Positions 49,610-62,555 of a DNA stretch of 64,000 nt are shown here, piece after piece. The first letter of the stretch is position 1; every line of letters starts with the position of its first letter. The position numbers were made by a program, and so were the translations under genes. Origin of the DNA: Felis catus. Lineage: Eukaryota. The stretch is from NCBI RefSeq assembly GCF_018350175.1, contig NC_058368.1, positions 81,408,001 through 81,472,000 on the forward strand. Reading direction: 5' to 3'. Under the pieces are notes generated by a model. That model saw nothing but the letters and a program-made list of their open reading frames with translations. It was not told where the DNA came from and searched no databases.

Positions 49610-50621
49610 AACAAAAGGTATTTTAAAAAATCAACAATAATTCACTTTCATTTGAAAATAAGGGGAGTCTGGCACAGGCTTCCCGAGCAGGACAATCATG
49701 TCTGGTTCGCGTGTGTTGGATAAGGGGGAATTAACATGCGTTTTCTTACCGCCAAGGGTTAAAAGCTCACAATGCTCCTCCCAGAAAGTCTCTGCTCTTC
49801 AAGGGCTGGCAAGTCTGCTTCAGCTGAGGGCACTTAGTGTTGCTAATAAACAGCATAATGCTAGTCTGCTTTCAGGTACAATTTAGAGAGAAATTGGGTT
49901 CCAGAAACAACCGCTTTCTCCTGGACGTCTCTGCAGGAGCGTGTGCGTCTGGCAGGCTCCCTCTGGCACACTTTTTATTTTGTATGTGGGGGAAAAAAGA
50001 GGGCTTTTCAATCGACTGTCTTTTTTAAGTAGTTCTAAAACTAAACTCATCCCATCCAGGCTCTATGCTCTTCGCCCGGCGGCCTTCTGAGAGCCCCCAG
50101 GGCTTCCTGTGTTACTTAGGAGGCATCACAAAAGCAAACAGGTGGGGAGCTGAATCTTACATAGGGGAAAGGCAAGTATCTCACATGTTCTCCAGAAAAC
50201 TTCTAAAATAATCCTTAAAATTGTATGCGTTGTTTTATGAAACTTGAAATAGAAAATTCCAGGAGCATATGTTATGTCTCACAAAACTCATTTTTGGAAG
50301 GTTTTGCAAACACATCGTCGGTAACGTTTTTCCGTTCAAAAAAAATGTCAGCAATTGTATTCATTCACACTGAATGTGTTGGGGCTTCTTCACACACAGG
50401 AAGGTTGCAAAGGCCACGAATGCTAGCTCTAATGCGAGAGGGAATCCCGGGCTCGCCATGGCAAGGACCCGAAATGCTGAATTCCTCACCCTCCGAGCCT
50501 AGTAAGTGATGCCAGAAAGCTGCTTGCTGGTTTTCTTATGGGTCAAACAGAAACCATCCAAAAGTCAGTCTTCACAACCATTATCTATGGGTAGGAAAAC
50601 GAGATTTAAAATGCACTGAAA

Positions 50622-50842
50622 GAGGTGCTTGGGCAGCTCAGTCGGTTAAGCCTCCGACTTCCGCTCAGGTCATGATCTGACAGTTCGTGAGTTCGAGCCC
50701 CACGTTGGGCTCTGTGCCGACAGCTGGGAGCCTGGAGCCTGCTTCGGATTCTGTGTCTCCCTCTCTCTCTGCCCCTCCCCTGCTCACGCTGTCTCTGTCT
50801 CTCTCTCAAAAACAAATAAATAAACATTTTGAAAAGGTAAAG
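50622..50842 (+). mobile_element. CanSINE (SINEC_Fc-type)
   Basis: TSD taaaatgcactgaaa at 50607-50621 and 50843-50857. Confidence 0.96.
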
Positions 50843-51296
50843 TAAAATGCACTGAAAAATAGGAAAACAAAGGTAAGCAATGAAAACCAGGTATCTCTTG
50901 CATGACTCATGCATCGGCATCAATGCCAGAAGTTGGGGCTTCTTCAAGGGCAGGTGCCCACCAATTCTTGCAGACGCTACCTTCACACCTCCTTTCGCAG
51001 GGACGGCACACGTGGCTCCTGCGCAGCTAAATCGCAGGGCTGAGCCTTGGGGCCGGTCATATGGACAACCAGGCTTGTGCCTGCCTTCTTCAGGACAGCA
51101 GATGTCTGCATAGATGAGCCCCTCCAAGATGCCACCTCTAGGCTGGTGGCTTCGAGCGAGAATTTGAAGGCAGTGGGGGGTGTGGAGGAGCATCAAGAGG
51201 TGCTTCCGAGTTCCAGCCTCGCTGGCTGACCTAGCGATGCCTCAGCCTCTGCGACGCCCTGGGCAGAGCACCGGCCCCAACGCTGCCACACAATGT

Positions 51297-51698
51297 CCAG
51301 GCACCGCCCCTGAGGGCTAGGCACCGCCCCCGCCGGCTAGACACCACCCCTGCTGTCTAGGCACCGCCCCCGCCACCCAGGCACCGCCCCCCGCCACCCA
51401 GGCACCGCCCCCGATGGCTAGGCACCACCCCTGCCACCCAGGCACCGACCCTGATGGCTAGACACTGCCCCCCGCCGGCCAGACGCGGCCCCGCCAGTGT
51501 CCAAGCACCGCCCCTGATGGCTAGGCACCGCCCCCGACGCCCAGGCACCGCCCTTGACAGCTAGACACCTCCCCCCACCAGCTAGGCACCGCCCCTGCCG
51601 CCCAGGCACCGCCCCACGCCGGCTAGACACCGTCCCCCGCTGTGTAGGCACTGCCCCCACCACCCAGACACCACTCCCCGGATGGCTAGGCACCGCCC
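51297..51698. repeat. GC-rich minisatellite, ~20-bp unit, ~20 copies
   Basis: Unit approximates c(t/c)aggcaccgcccc(c/t)g(cc/at)gg. Confidence 0.93.
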
Positions 51699-52241
51699 AT
51701 GCCACCCAGCCACCTCCCCGCAGACCTTCCCAGGCCTGGCACTCAGGTAGACGCAGAGCTCACCAGCCACTGATGTTTCTGTCTATATTTTGAGCGCAAA
51801 TGAAGTGAACTGGGCATTTTAAGGGCCTTTCCGTGTTGGAATTGTCTCTAGTTTTTACTCGCCCCCCAGCTCCCCAGAAGGCAAAGTGGAACAAGGAGGT
51901 GGCTGTGCTATGACAGCAGAGGTGACAGCCAGCGGGACGTGGACACTGCATGCAAACTCCTGGCGGCTCAGCCCAAACCCACTGCCTATGGAGAGGCTGG
52001 GTGTGAGAGGGATGCGGCCGCAGGCCCTGAGGGGTTTGCACACCGCCCTGGGGCGCTGGCTCTTTCCGCCTCTGGGGCTCCGTTCTCACGGAGTGGATGG
52101 GCTCAAACTCGCTTAGGTTTGGAGTCGTCTTCAATGGCCCAATATGCTTGGAAATCTTCCAGGAATGCTGATGTTAAATTAATTTTTAAGTGTTATCAGA
52201 TCACATCGGAAGAAGCGCTCTGCTTTTGGGAAGGGATTTTT

Positions 52242-52430
52242 TTAATGTTTATTTTCGAGAGAGAGAGAGAAAGCAGGGGAGGGTCAGAGAGGGGGAGACA
52301 GAGAATCCCAAGCAGGCTCTGCGCAGTCAGCACAGAGGCCCACAAGGGCTCGATCCCGTGCCCCTGGAATCATGACCTGAGCTGAAACCAAGAGTTGGAC
52401 GCTTAAATGACTGCACCACCCAGGCACCCC
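52242..52430 (-). mobile_element. CanSINE
   Basis: TSD gggaagggattttt at 52228-52241 and 52432-52445. Confidence 0.94.
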
Positions 52431-52629
52431 AGGGAAGGGATTTTTGCCATGAGTGGGCGCGTCCTGCCCCACAGGTGCACAGGCCAGTGGTGCCCCCACC
52501 CACAGGGGCTGAAACCGGAGGGGAGGCTCCCCAGCACCCGCCTGGGGTTCTCTCATTGGAAGAAATAGCACACCCCACGGCCTAGCTCCACCCCTGGCTC
52601 CTCCAGACGCAGCCACGCAGGGTTTTCAC

Positions 52630-53030
52630 CTATAATCTGTTTTTGTAGGTCTTCCCCAAATTCACCTGTTGAAGTCCTAGCCCCAAAGGACTTCGGAACC
52701 TGCACGTAGCTGGAAAGATAGTCAGTGTGGATGAAATCAAGACAACGGCTCACTGGAGCAGGCAGGGTGACCAGAGTCCTTCTTACAACAGAGCCCTGCC
52801 ACAGGGAGACAGGGGAGGCACCACACGAAGGTGGAGGTGGACACGGGCCACATGTCTGCATACCAAGGAGCGCCAGAACCCCCAGAAGCTGGGGGAGAGC
52901 ATGGCACACGTCCTCCCTCACGGCCTCAGGGGAACCAGCCCCCCACAGCCGTGAAATAATAAATGGCAAGCCCCCCTCCCCCACCCCCGGGTTGTGGTAC
53001 TTTGTCACGGCGACCACGGGAAGCGAATGC
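52630..53030 (+). mobile_element. MaLR LTR, MLT1B/C-like
   Basis: ccccaaattcacctgttgaagtcctagcccc...ccagaagctggggg...ttgtggtactttgtcacggc. Confidence 0.75.
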
Positions 53031-53939
53031 GCCGTCCAGAGCAAGCAGCCCGTCTCTGCCTCCTCCAGCGGACCCATGTATGACAGCCCACAGATGACTT
53101 CCTGAGGGTGGCTCGGAGGGCATGGGCACAAGCTGAGAGGCATTTGTGTGAGTGCCTACAAACAGAATTGTTGTTAAAATGAAAGCCTTTCCTCCTCAGC
53201 CAACACGAGGCCGGCCAGTGAGTCACTCAGCAAACTTTATTCTTCTTATCGCGGAAAGAAAATCAGACATGGACAAAAGCAGAAAGAAAAGTTCAGTAGA
53301 TCTCCCTGTGCCCATGACCCACCTTCACCACCGACCACCTACCACCACTCTGGTTTCAGCTACTTCCCTGGATGGTTTGGGGGAAACCCTCACACACGAC
53401 ACGTCCTGTCCGTGTCGCAGCACGTGTCTCTACGGGAGGGCTCACACACACACACAGAGATGGCCCCACAATATGATGATGGGATTCCTTCTGGATTCCT
53501 TCCTGTGCTCCTTCTGTCCCTAGACCCTACCCACAGGGATGTCACAGGTTCCTGAGTTTTAAGGTCATGCAGATGAGACCCTGTCCGTGGTCCTGCCACC
53601 AGCTCCACACATATTCCTGTCCTTTCTTCCACATAGTTTTGGTTTTTTAGGAATTTTTAAATTTAAATTGTTTTATAATTATGGGCAATATTTACTTTAG
53701 ATTTAAAGTCAAATCTACATATGGGGCCAGTGACGGGCTTGGGCATCACAGCTCCGAGGACGCAGAATTTAAGGGGTGCGGCTGTGCCCACCCACCTTGC
53801 CTGGTGGGGCCGTGAGTGAGCACCGTCCCCTCCATACTTCACCTTCCCGGCCTGTTTTGCAGGGCAGGGGGGGTTCCAGCCCCTCCTCTCGGTCCCCCAT
53901 AAGTGACCATTCAAAAATGTATTTGATAGTTTGATAGTT

Positions 53940-54125
53940 TTTTTTTAATTTTTAATTTTTTATTCGGGTGTTGTTGACACAGTGTTACATTCGTGCCTGG
54001 CGAACAGCACGGTGATTAACAAGTTGTCCATTAGCCGATGCTTACCGCAAGTGTGGCTGCCATCTGTCACCATACACATCACAGTATCACTGACCAAGTG
54101 CCCTGTGCTGTGCCTTTTATTCCCA
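53940..54125 (-). mobile_element. Carnivore L1 3' terminal segment (antisense half of an inverted L1)
   Basis: Poly-T then gttgacacagtgttacatt...ccatctgtcaccatac...gctgtgccttttattccca. Confidence 0.85.
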
Positions 54126-54891
54126 CCAAAATGAAAATGCCATATGACCCCGTAATCCCACTGCCGGGAATTCACCCAAAGGAAACGAAACCACTAATTT
54201 GAAAAGATAAGCTCAGGGGCACCTGGGTGGCGCAGTCGGTTAAGCGTCCGACTTCAGCCAGGTCATGATCTCGCGGTCCGTGGGTTCGAGCCCCGCGTCG
54301 GGCTCTGGGCTGATGGCTCAGAGCCTGGAGCCTGTTTCTGGTTCTGTGTCTCCCTCTCTCTCTGCCCCTCCCCGACTCATGCTCTGTCTCCCTCTGTCCC
54401 AAAAATAAATTAAAAAAAAAAAACGTTGAAAAAAAAAATTAAAAAAAAAAAAAAAAGAAAAGATAAGCTCATCTTTATGTTTCCCGCAGCCCCGTTTACA
54501 ACGGCCAAGACATGGGTGCCATCGGGTCTGCAGACAGAGGAGCGGATAATGGAACTGTAGTGTGTAAACAGTGGAATATTACTGAGCCGTAAAAAGCAAG
54601 GGATCCTGCCATCTGCACAACAGATGGGGATGCAGACAGAGAGGGTTATGCTCAGTGGAACAGGTCCGTCACAGAAAAGGACAGCAGCATATGTCTTCAC
54701 TCACGTGGAATGTGAAAAATAAAACAGATGAAGAAATAAGCAGACAAACAGCAGAATCAGAGCTCTGAGCTCCAGGGACAAACTGCCAGCTGCCAGCGGC
54801 GAAGGGGAAGGGAAGGGAGGGGAGGGGAGGGGAGGGGTGGGGGAGAGGGCAGGGGGAGGGAGGGGTGGGCTCCCAGTTATGGAATGAGTAA
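54126..54891 (+). mobile_element. Carnivore L1 ORF2 end and 3' UTR (inverted half), containing a SINE
   Basis: ccatatgaccccgtaatcccactg...gtggaatattactgagccgtaaaaag...tcactcacgtggaat...agcagaatcaga...cagttatggaatgagtaa. Confidence 0.85.
54216..54456 (+). mobile_element. Young feline CanSINE
   Basis: cagccagg-type head, long A-tail, perfect TSD gaaaagataagctca at 54201-54215 and 54457-54471. Confidence 0.97.
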
Positions 54892-57554
54892 TGCACACAG
54901 ATTACTGTATCCCCACCCGTGTGTATTACAGAAACGTCTGCATGCCCCCCCTTCCTCAGACGGATGGCCACAGGTCCTGTGCACCTGCCGCCGTCCCCAC
55001 ACTGCGCGGCCCTCCTGCACGTCTGTGGGAACAAATACGGTTATTCCCGCTGCATACTCAGGTTTGCTGTTACAAGCAGGGCCGCAGTGAAAAACCCCGT
55101 GTATGCCATCCTGCGTGTTTGTCACTGTGTCTTTGGAACAGGTTTCTAGAAACAGGACATGTAATCTTCCTACGTTTCACCTGATTTGCTCCACAAGGGC
55201 CGTGCCGTTCTGCCTCCAGAGATGTAGGAGAGCATTTTTACCGGACAGCGTTGCCGACAGAGTGCGTTGTTAGGTGCTCGGATTTTTAATCCGATAGATG
55301 AAGATGACGATAGTTTGGACTCTAACATCCCGGAGAAGGGAACAAGACCTCCCGTGTGCAGGCAGGAAGCCGGCTGAGCTCAACATGGTGACGTGTAGAC
55401 ACGTAACTGGTGTGCCCTTCTCTGAAACTGGCTTGGCTTTCATGCCGCGCTGATTAGGGCTCGAGGCGGCCAGCTAGGGCGGGTGTGAGGCAGGAATTCT
55501 GCATTTGCCCCTTGCGTTGCCCCCCGGCCCTGGTTTGGGGAGATCACCTAGGTGGGTCTCGGGGAAGCATCACCGGCTCCTGACCTGACGATGGTCCCCC
55601 GCTTAGAAAGTGGCCTCCTTCTCAGAACCCATCTTGAAGGACACAGAGGGATGTCCCCCTTTCTCCCAGCGCCCCCAGCGCCAGACCGCCCCCACTCGCT
55701 GCAGGCCAGAGCCGAGTGGTTTAGTGGCCAGAGCGCCTGCTGGAAACTGCCGGTGAGTCCGCGGAGTGCTTCGTGCTCCTTTGCTCGACTTGGCCGTGGG
55801 CCAGAAGCCACTCTCCAGTCCTGCCGCCTGGAAAGGGTGCCATTCTCCCACCAATAATTAGCCGCCACCAGGGTGCTGGGTCAAGGTGCCGACACGTTCC
55901 TCAGTAGGGTGAGTGATGTGAGTAAATAACACTGATGGGAACACGGCTGCAAGAGGGTGATGTGATCAGGCCTTGACACCAAGTTCTTTGCCTGCATCAG
56001 TCCCCCTTCCCACCAGGTGGGGCAGCGTCCCGCCCCGAGGGCGCTGGCCTCCCCTCCCCACATCCCACCCTGGGGCACCTGCAGTGAGGACTGCCTGCCT
56101 CTCGCCCTGGCCTCCCCTGCAGGCTCCCCGCACACCAATTCTCAGGTCCTAGAGAGGGCGTGCATGGGGATGAGGGGACAGCAGGACTCAGCCAGGCTCT
56201 CCTCTCAGCCCCCGGGGCAGACGAGGGGTGAAGCAAGCATTCTACTTGAGGCAAAATCTGCCCCCCCCCGTTTATCTTCCTGTCTGTGCATCGAGGGTTA
56301 AGCCTGGGTCGTACTCCTTGTATTTCACTACAATAAAAGGACAGTCACACATAGTTCGTCCCCAGCTCACAGGCACAAGAGAGGCCAAGAAAGTAAATCT
56401 ACTCCCTGTCCCTGCTGGGATTTCCCTCCTGGATTGTGACTGGCCACGAATGAAGGGGGGCACACTCTTGAGAGCCTCGCGTGCTCCCAGCTGCCTTCCC
56501 TCTGGGGACACTAAGGATTGGGAAGGCTGCCCCCCCCCCCCGGGCATGGGTCCCTCCCACTTGCTCAAACCCTGCCCTGGGCTGTGCTCTGGTTAACCTC
56601 CTGGTCTCATGGAGATGCCAGCCTCTGCAGAGGTGAGCCTCCTTGCTTTGCTGGCAGTGTGAGGCCAGGATGGGAACGAAGGCAGTGTGGACACTCAGGG
56701 AGGGCGCTCGGAGCCCTGGGGAGCTCGGCCTGGCAGCTGCAATGGCTCTAGGCCAAGGAGAGTCCTCACCAGGACTCGACCCCAGCAGAGTCCGTCGCGT
56801 AGGGAAGAGGGAACATCCAGTGGGAAACATGGGGAGGAGAGAGAATGTGTACTTCCGGCAGAGCAGGAAGAATTAAAACCGGAAAAGTGGCTTCCCACCA
56901 GTCTGCCCAGCATCCAACGTGCGTGCGCTCAGCCTAGGGTGGCTGTCCTCGGTCCACACGCCACCGCCTCAGGTCACCACCTCAGGTCACTGTGTGACCC
57001 AATGCTACGTGCCGTTAGTCAACGAGACTGGGCCACAAAGGGTCTGTGCCCCCAAATCTTGCATTTTGCGCAAAGAATGCCAGTCAGTTCTGCCATGGGC
57101 TGTCTCTTCCGGCACCGCGAGGAGGCGCAGATGTGATGGCGTGAGCCTTATAAGGGCCCTGCGTGGGGGCGGCCAACAGAGCATGGTTCATGAACTTGGA
57201 GGTTTCTCTTTCCTCCCCGGTCAGCGCCAAGCCTTAGAAAGGACGGCCACAACCCATCCATCGTCCCCCAGCCTCTTCATTAATAACACGGCGTGGCATT
57301 CGTGACACAAGACACTGAACCCATGTCGGTATCTCCAGGGTTTGGGAATCCTCGGAGAGGAGGCCCTGAACACAGTGCATCATTTTCTTTCCTCGGAAAA
57401 TAAACGTCTCAGGAGGGGGCTACCCGGGGGGCTGACCCTTGGCCACGCGGAGCAGACGGCACCCACGAGGGGCTCCTGGCATGACCCACGAGGAAGAGGT
57501 AGCATTCAAGCCTCCGGCAGGCCAGGGAGCAGCTTCCTATCAGGCACATGTTCA

Positions 57555-57740
57555 CAGGTGTGTGTGCTGCGTGCGTATGTGCACACGTGTGTGCTCAGAT
57601 GCTGGTGGTGCACATGCAGGTGTGCGCAAAGCTGTGCGAAAGGTGCGCACGCGCGTGTGCATGTGTGCATGTGTTCGTGGGTGTGAAGTGTTTGCATGGT
57701 GCACACGTGGTACGCGTGTATGTGCGCGGCGCGTGCATGA
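57555..57740. repeat. Degenerate alternating purine-pyrimidine (TG/CG/CA) tract
   Basis: gtgtgtgctgcgtgcgtatgtgcacacgtgtgtg...gcgcacgcgcgtgtgcatgtgtgcatgtg. Confidence 0.8.
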
Positions 57741-60700
57741 GTGGATCCCGGGCTCCTGGACGGAACCGGGGATAAGGATAGATTGTCCCCAAGGATTGGG
57801 ATCACTGCCGGCAGGCGTGGCCGGCACGTGAGTGTGGCGCTCTGGGCTGGCAAGTCCTCCTGCCATTGCCCTGGATCGGTCGGTGGGGCCCCCGTGTGGC
57901 TGGGGGGAGGGGCCCCCCACCCTCCCCCAGAGCCCACACACGCTAACGCTGCCAGTGCCTGCCACTTGGTTGTCGGTGTCCCTGTGCAGACAGGTCGCCA
58001 CGCTTTATGGAAACACGTCCGGGCTGAGCTTTAGAGACTCTTCACAAGCAAACCTGTGTAGTCTGTTTGGGCTGCAAGAGTCACTCCAGGAATAAAAAAC
58101 TGCCTGATGCTGCAAAATGGCACATAAAATGGCCTATTAAGTTATAACATTAAAAAGGACAATTTCCTATCATTTTATGAAACCCCGGATCCCCGTCCTC
58201 AATGTCCTCCTCTTGGAAGTGGCAAGAAGGCGCCCTCCGTGCTGCACGCGGGAGGCCCTGTGGCCTCCGGCTCCCAGCTTGGGAAGGCTCCCCTCCCACC
58301 TGCCTTCCTCTCCTCTGTGTTTACCCTCTACGGGACCCTATACACCAAGTCCATCACCAGAGAAAAGCCAAGTGTTTGTTCTTAAGAATATGTCTAACAG
58401 GTGCCGCTGGTGGACGTGAGCCTCTATGGACAGCCCTCCGACTTTTGAAAATCACGAGAAACCCACACCCCCTGCCCCCCGTGCTCCACCCCGCGCCGGC
58501 CCGAGGCGGGGTTCTCCCCGACTTGGGGTGTCCCTGTGACGAAAGCCATTGGCAAAGACCTAAGAGTGTATCTTTCCTTGATGGATGGTTTGGGTTTGTT
58601 ACAGTGAAATATTGTGGAGTTTCCCCTAAGCTGAGAACCGCCGACTATCAGCCATCATATTGGGGCTCATAATTATCACCCATAATTGGTGCAACAGCTA
58701 ACAATTACCACTGCCAGCCACAGAGCCGGGGAAGGTGCCACTCATTAACCACACACCACAGCGTTCTCATTTCACAAGGCTGTCCAAGCTCGAGCAGGGA
58801 TGGAAAACAGAGAATACGAAAGATACATTCAAATGCAGACGAAATCCTGTGACAAAGTGGTTCTCTCCTGGCTGAAATCACAAATTTTAAACAGTTTACT
58901 TCCCTCTGTCTTCCCGAGAGTTTCACGTACCAAACTTTCAGTGTCATGACTAATAGCGGCTCTGGGCGAGGATCAGTCTCGCCGCACTCCTCTGCCGGTG
59001 ATGTGCGGCGCTCCTTATTAGCGGGTACATTATGCAGAAGCGCCGTGCGGTGATGGGACACGGCAGCCCGCTGTGAGGATGCCTATCAGGGCTTCTTTTA
59101 AAGCCCTTTCTCAATTGTCAGCAAAGTATTTTTTAAGGTTAAAAGGTGTAAAATTATTCTGAAATGCTTTTCTGACCTGTCGCCTATCACTGCAAAGAGC
59201 TACGGTTCATTTTTTTTTCTAAAATTGTATTTTTTTTTGAAATGCAGTAATATTATAAGAATAAGCTTTATAAGGGGAAAATAGTCCCCTGAAATGTTCG
59301 TGATCTTTTTGTATACCTCCTTCCCCAACGAATGCAGTCCTAACCATTGTTTCATGCCCAGAAATATAATTTCCGATGCAATTTTTCTTACCCCAAGCCT
59401 TCCGTTTCTGCAGAGAAATTAATGTAAATGGCCGTTACTTTCACATCTCCCCCTTTTCTCTCTCCCTTCCTTTTCTCCCCCGCTCCCGTTGCGGTGGCTG
59501 CTCCGCTCCCGGCACCATCGGGTCGGCCCGCCGGGCTCTGCAAGGCTCCTGCACCTGCCCGCTGATGGCGGCCACGCTGGAGGCCGGGGTGGGGGGAAAC
59601 GGCCGACGCGAGGGCTCTCCCGCCTCCGCGCTGCAACCAGCCTGGCTGCTGGCGAAGGCCTGGGCCTGCCAAATTGCTGCAGGTCAGCGACCCTGTCGTT
59701 TTCCGTCCTTGGCCTGTGAGGCCCCTGTTGATGTGCCACTGAGACAACCGTGAATTTTGAAATCCAGTTTCTGCCAAACCCTGGGGACAGCTTGCAGCAC
59801 CGTCATGTCACAGGTGTGGGGAAAATCATCGGAGAAACTCCCTCGGGTGCAGACAGCGGGCCCACCTCTGACCTCTCGGAACAGGCGGAGCCCACGTGGA
59901 ACAGAACTTAGCAGAGCTGGTGCGCACGGCGGTGACACAGCGAGAGGTGTGGGCTGCGAGTGCGCCTCTGGGCATTGCTCTCGACTGCCCGGCACCTGCC
60001 GGCCTTGGCTCCTGGCTTGATCTGCAGGGAGCCAGAGGGTAAACTGTGGGTGTGTCCCTAAGTTACGGGTGTGACAAACTCCACTGAAGTGCACCTTGCT
60101 TTCCGGTACTGATGAGACAGTCGCTTCTGGACCGATTTCCATCTGCGAGGTGTTAGGAGTTCACGCCATTTGGTTGTTAATGACGTAGAAACTGCTTTGT
60201 CCTCTCCAGAAGAGCAGCAGGTAAGCCCTGCCTTCAGAGTCAGGGTGCACCCGACTTAAGGCATTTTCCGTGCCCTCCGTAGATGGATGGGTGGACGGCG
60301 GGAGTCTGGCGGGGCTCCTAGACAAGAGACAGGGCAGCGCACATCACGTTTTACCTCAAAACATGCTTCCCGTTCCACACGGCACCGCAAGCCACGTGGG
60401 GAGCAGGCAGGGACAGCGCCATGAGCTGTACAGGTCGTGGGGACCCGCATGGGTGTGCGGCTGGGACCAGGCGAGGCACCTGCCGTTCAGGCGAACCCCC
60501 ATCTCTGCACGGAAGCTCGGGGCCACTTGCCGGGAGGCCGGTGAAGCCTGAGCGGCCGCGTTCATCCCCAACCAAGGCTGGGGAGGGTCCCGAGCCTGTG
60601 TTCGCACGGTCATGTGGCCTCAGACAGTCTACAAAGGAAGGCATTAACCCGTCAGATTCTGCCTGTCCTCACCTGGCCCCCACGTCACCACCTGCATGCC

Positions 60701-62059
60701 AGGTGCTGGGACGCAGTGACTGCACTGAGGACCCACATCACTCCGATTAGTAGACATTCAGTGAGTTCATAATTGATTCCTTAATGCCAGGACAGCTCAG
60801 ACAGCCTGGTGGGGACAGCCATCAACTCAGAAAATGATTAGGATTCTTCACGGGACAAGAAACTTAAAATTACCCAAACCTTAAGGCTTCTGAAAAGAAA
60901 CTGGATAGAGGGTTTCCCCTAAATATGCTAGCAAACTCCAGAGGGTTTAGATGGTATATCAAACACCAGCTGTAAACTGAACATTTTCTAAATGACCAAT
61001 AATTAAAAACAAAATTGGGTTGACTTGAAAGAGTAAAGACTGAGTTACGGTTCTCTTGTCTCTATGGAAGATGCCAGAGTGTGCCGCCCCACGCTGGGGG
61101 ATGGGCATTACAGAGGAGTGTCTACGGTCACCTTTGCCTGGATTTTATGACATCTGAGGTATTTGTCAGCATATTAAAATCTGCCATGGTTTCCTTCGCC
61201 ATTCTAAATAAACGTTCGTGTTCATGCTTGATTTTGTATTTCTGACCTTGCATTCTTTTTTGAGGACCCTCTAACCACAGAGGCTTCAGTGCTCAAATCT
61301 GGATCTGCTCCCACTAACACTGCCCAGTTTCATGCCCAAAGACAATACTTAAAATGTGACGCTAACCCAGCCCCCCCGCCAACCCCCTGTTGGTGAAAAT
61401 AGAGACCATGTTTCTCTTCCCTGTACTGACTTGGAATCACTCCCTCTCATGAGCGGTCAACACCAGAAGACGCTTTGGCCACCGAAGGAAAATAAATACA
61501 AACTCTGTGTGTCTCGTTGAAAACAATGACCGAATCTTGCCCGTGTAAAGCATTTTTCTGAAACTAAGCGCATTATATAATTCTGCTTTTTTCTCGTACA
61601 AATCATTTTCACCACATAATTCAGAGACTTCACTCCAGTGCTGGCGGCTCACGTTCATCGGCACGCACGCTGCCGCTTTCACAGAACCCTGCTGGGTGTG
61701 CTAGCCTTGTGCCCACCGCGTGCACGCGTGTCCCAGGGCCGACCCGACTGCGGCCTCAGCACCTGCAATGTGAGTTCCAATCCCGACACGCAACGTGGAG
61801 TCTCCATGAGACACGGGGGTTGAGACGCAGGACTAGATCCCGGTCACCTCCCAATGCAGCCCCGAGTGATCCCCTCACGTCCCGTCAGGTAGTGTCCATG
61901 CCACAATTTCCGGTCGTCCGTGAACGAGAGAACAGGCGTCAGAACCTCGTAGAACGCCATGCTCACAGCCATGATCGTGTCACTGTAACTGAGTTTGAGA
62001 TCCTGAATGTTTGTGCATTCCATGTTTGGATAAATGTGGCAGAGGAATGACCACACTCT

Positions 62060-62245
62060 TTGAAACTGGACCCTGATGTGCATGTGTGTGACACGGGCGT
62101 GCGACTCGAGTTCCTGACTCTTCCTTTGTAAAGCGAGGCTAAAAATGGCATCAACCCTGCCAGTTGTTTGAGGACCTAATAGATATTATGTACAAGGTGC
62201 TTCGCACATGCCTGATATGTGGCAATCACTCAAAAGTACTAGCTT
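62060..62245 (+). mobile_element. MIR
   Basis: gttgtttgaggacctaatagatattatgtacaaggtgcttcgcacatgcctg...cactcaaaagtactagct. Confidence 0.65.
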
Positions 62246-62344
62246 ACGTCCCTCTCTTTACAGACCACCTGAGCATCTGGAAAAGTACTCCACCAACTGA
62301 CCTCTCACGTTGGAAAACATTTTCAACATTAAAAAGTCAATCAA

Positions 62345-62555
62345 GGGGCACCTGGGTGGCTCAGTCGGTTGGGTGTCCAACTTAGGCTCAGGTTGTGGTC
62401 TCACCGTCCGTAAGTTCAAGCCCCGCATCAGGCTCTGTGCTGACGGCTCGGAGCCTGGAACCTACTTCAGATTCTGTGTCTCCCTCTCTCTCTGCTCTTC
62501 CCCCACTTGCACTCTGTCTCTCTCTCTCTCTCAAAAATACAATAAAAACATTAAA
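62345..62555 (+). mobile_element. CanSINE (SINEC_Fc-type)
   Basis: Full element; aaaaagtcaa at 62331-62340 and 62556-62565. Confidence 0.95.

Noticed and set aside
50606..51196. 196-aa minus-strand ORF and similar FIYLFLRERQR/GAWVAQSV peptides elsewhere
   Set aside because: These are translations of CanSINE sequence.
59470..60620. CpG-rich stretches as a promoter CpG island
   Set aside because: Similar CpG density occurs inside old repeats across the window and there is no first-exon evidence; cannot be separated from GC drift without methylation data.
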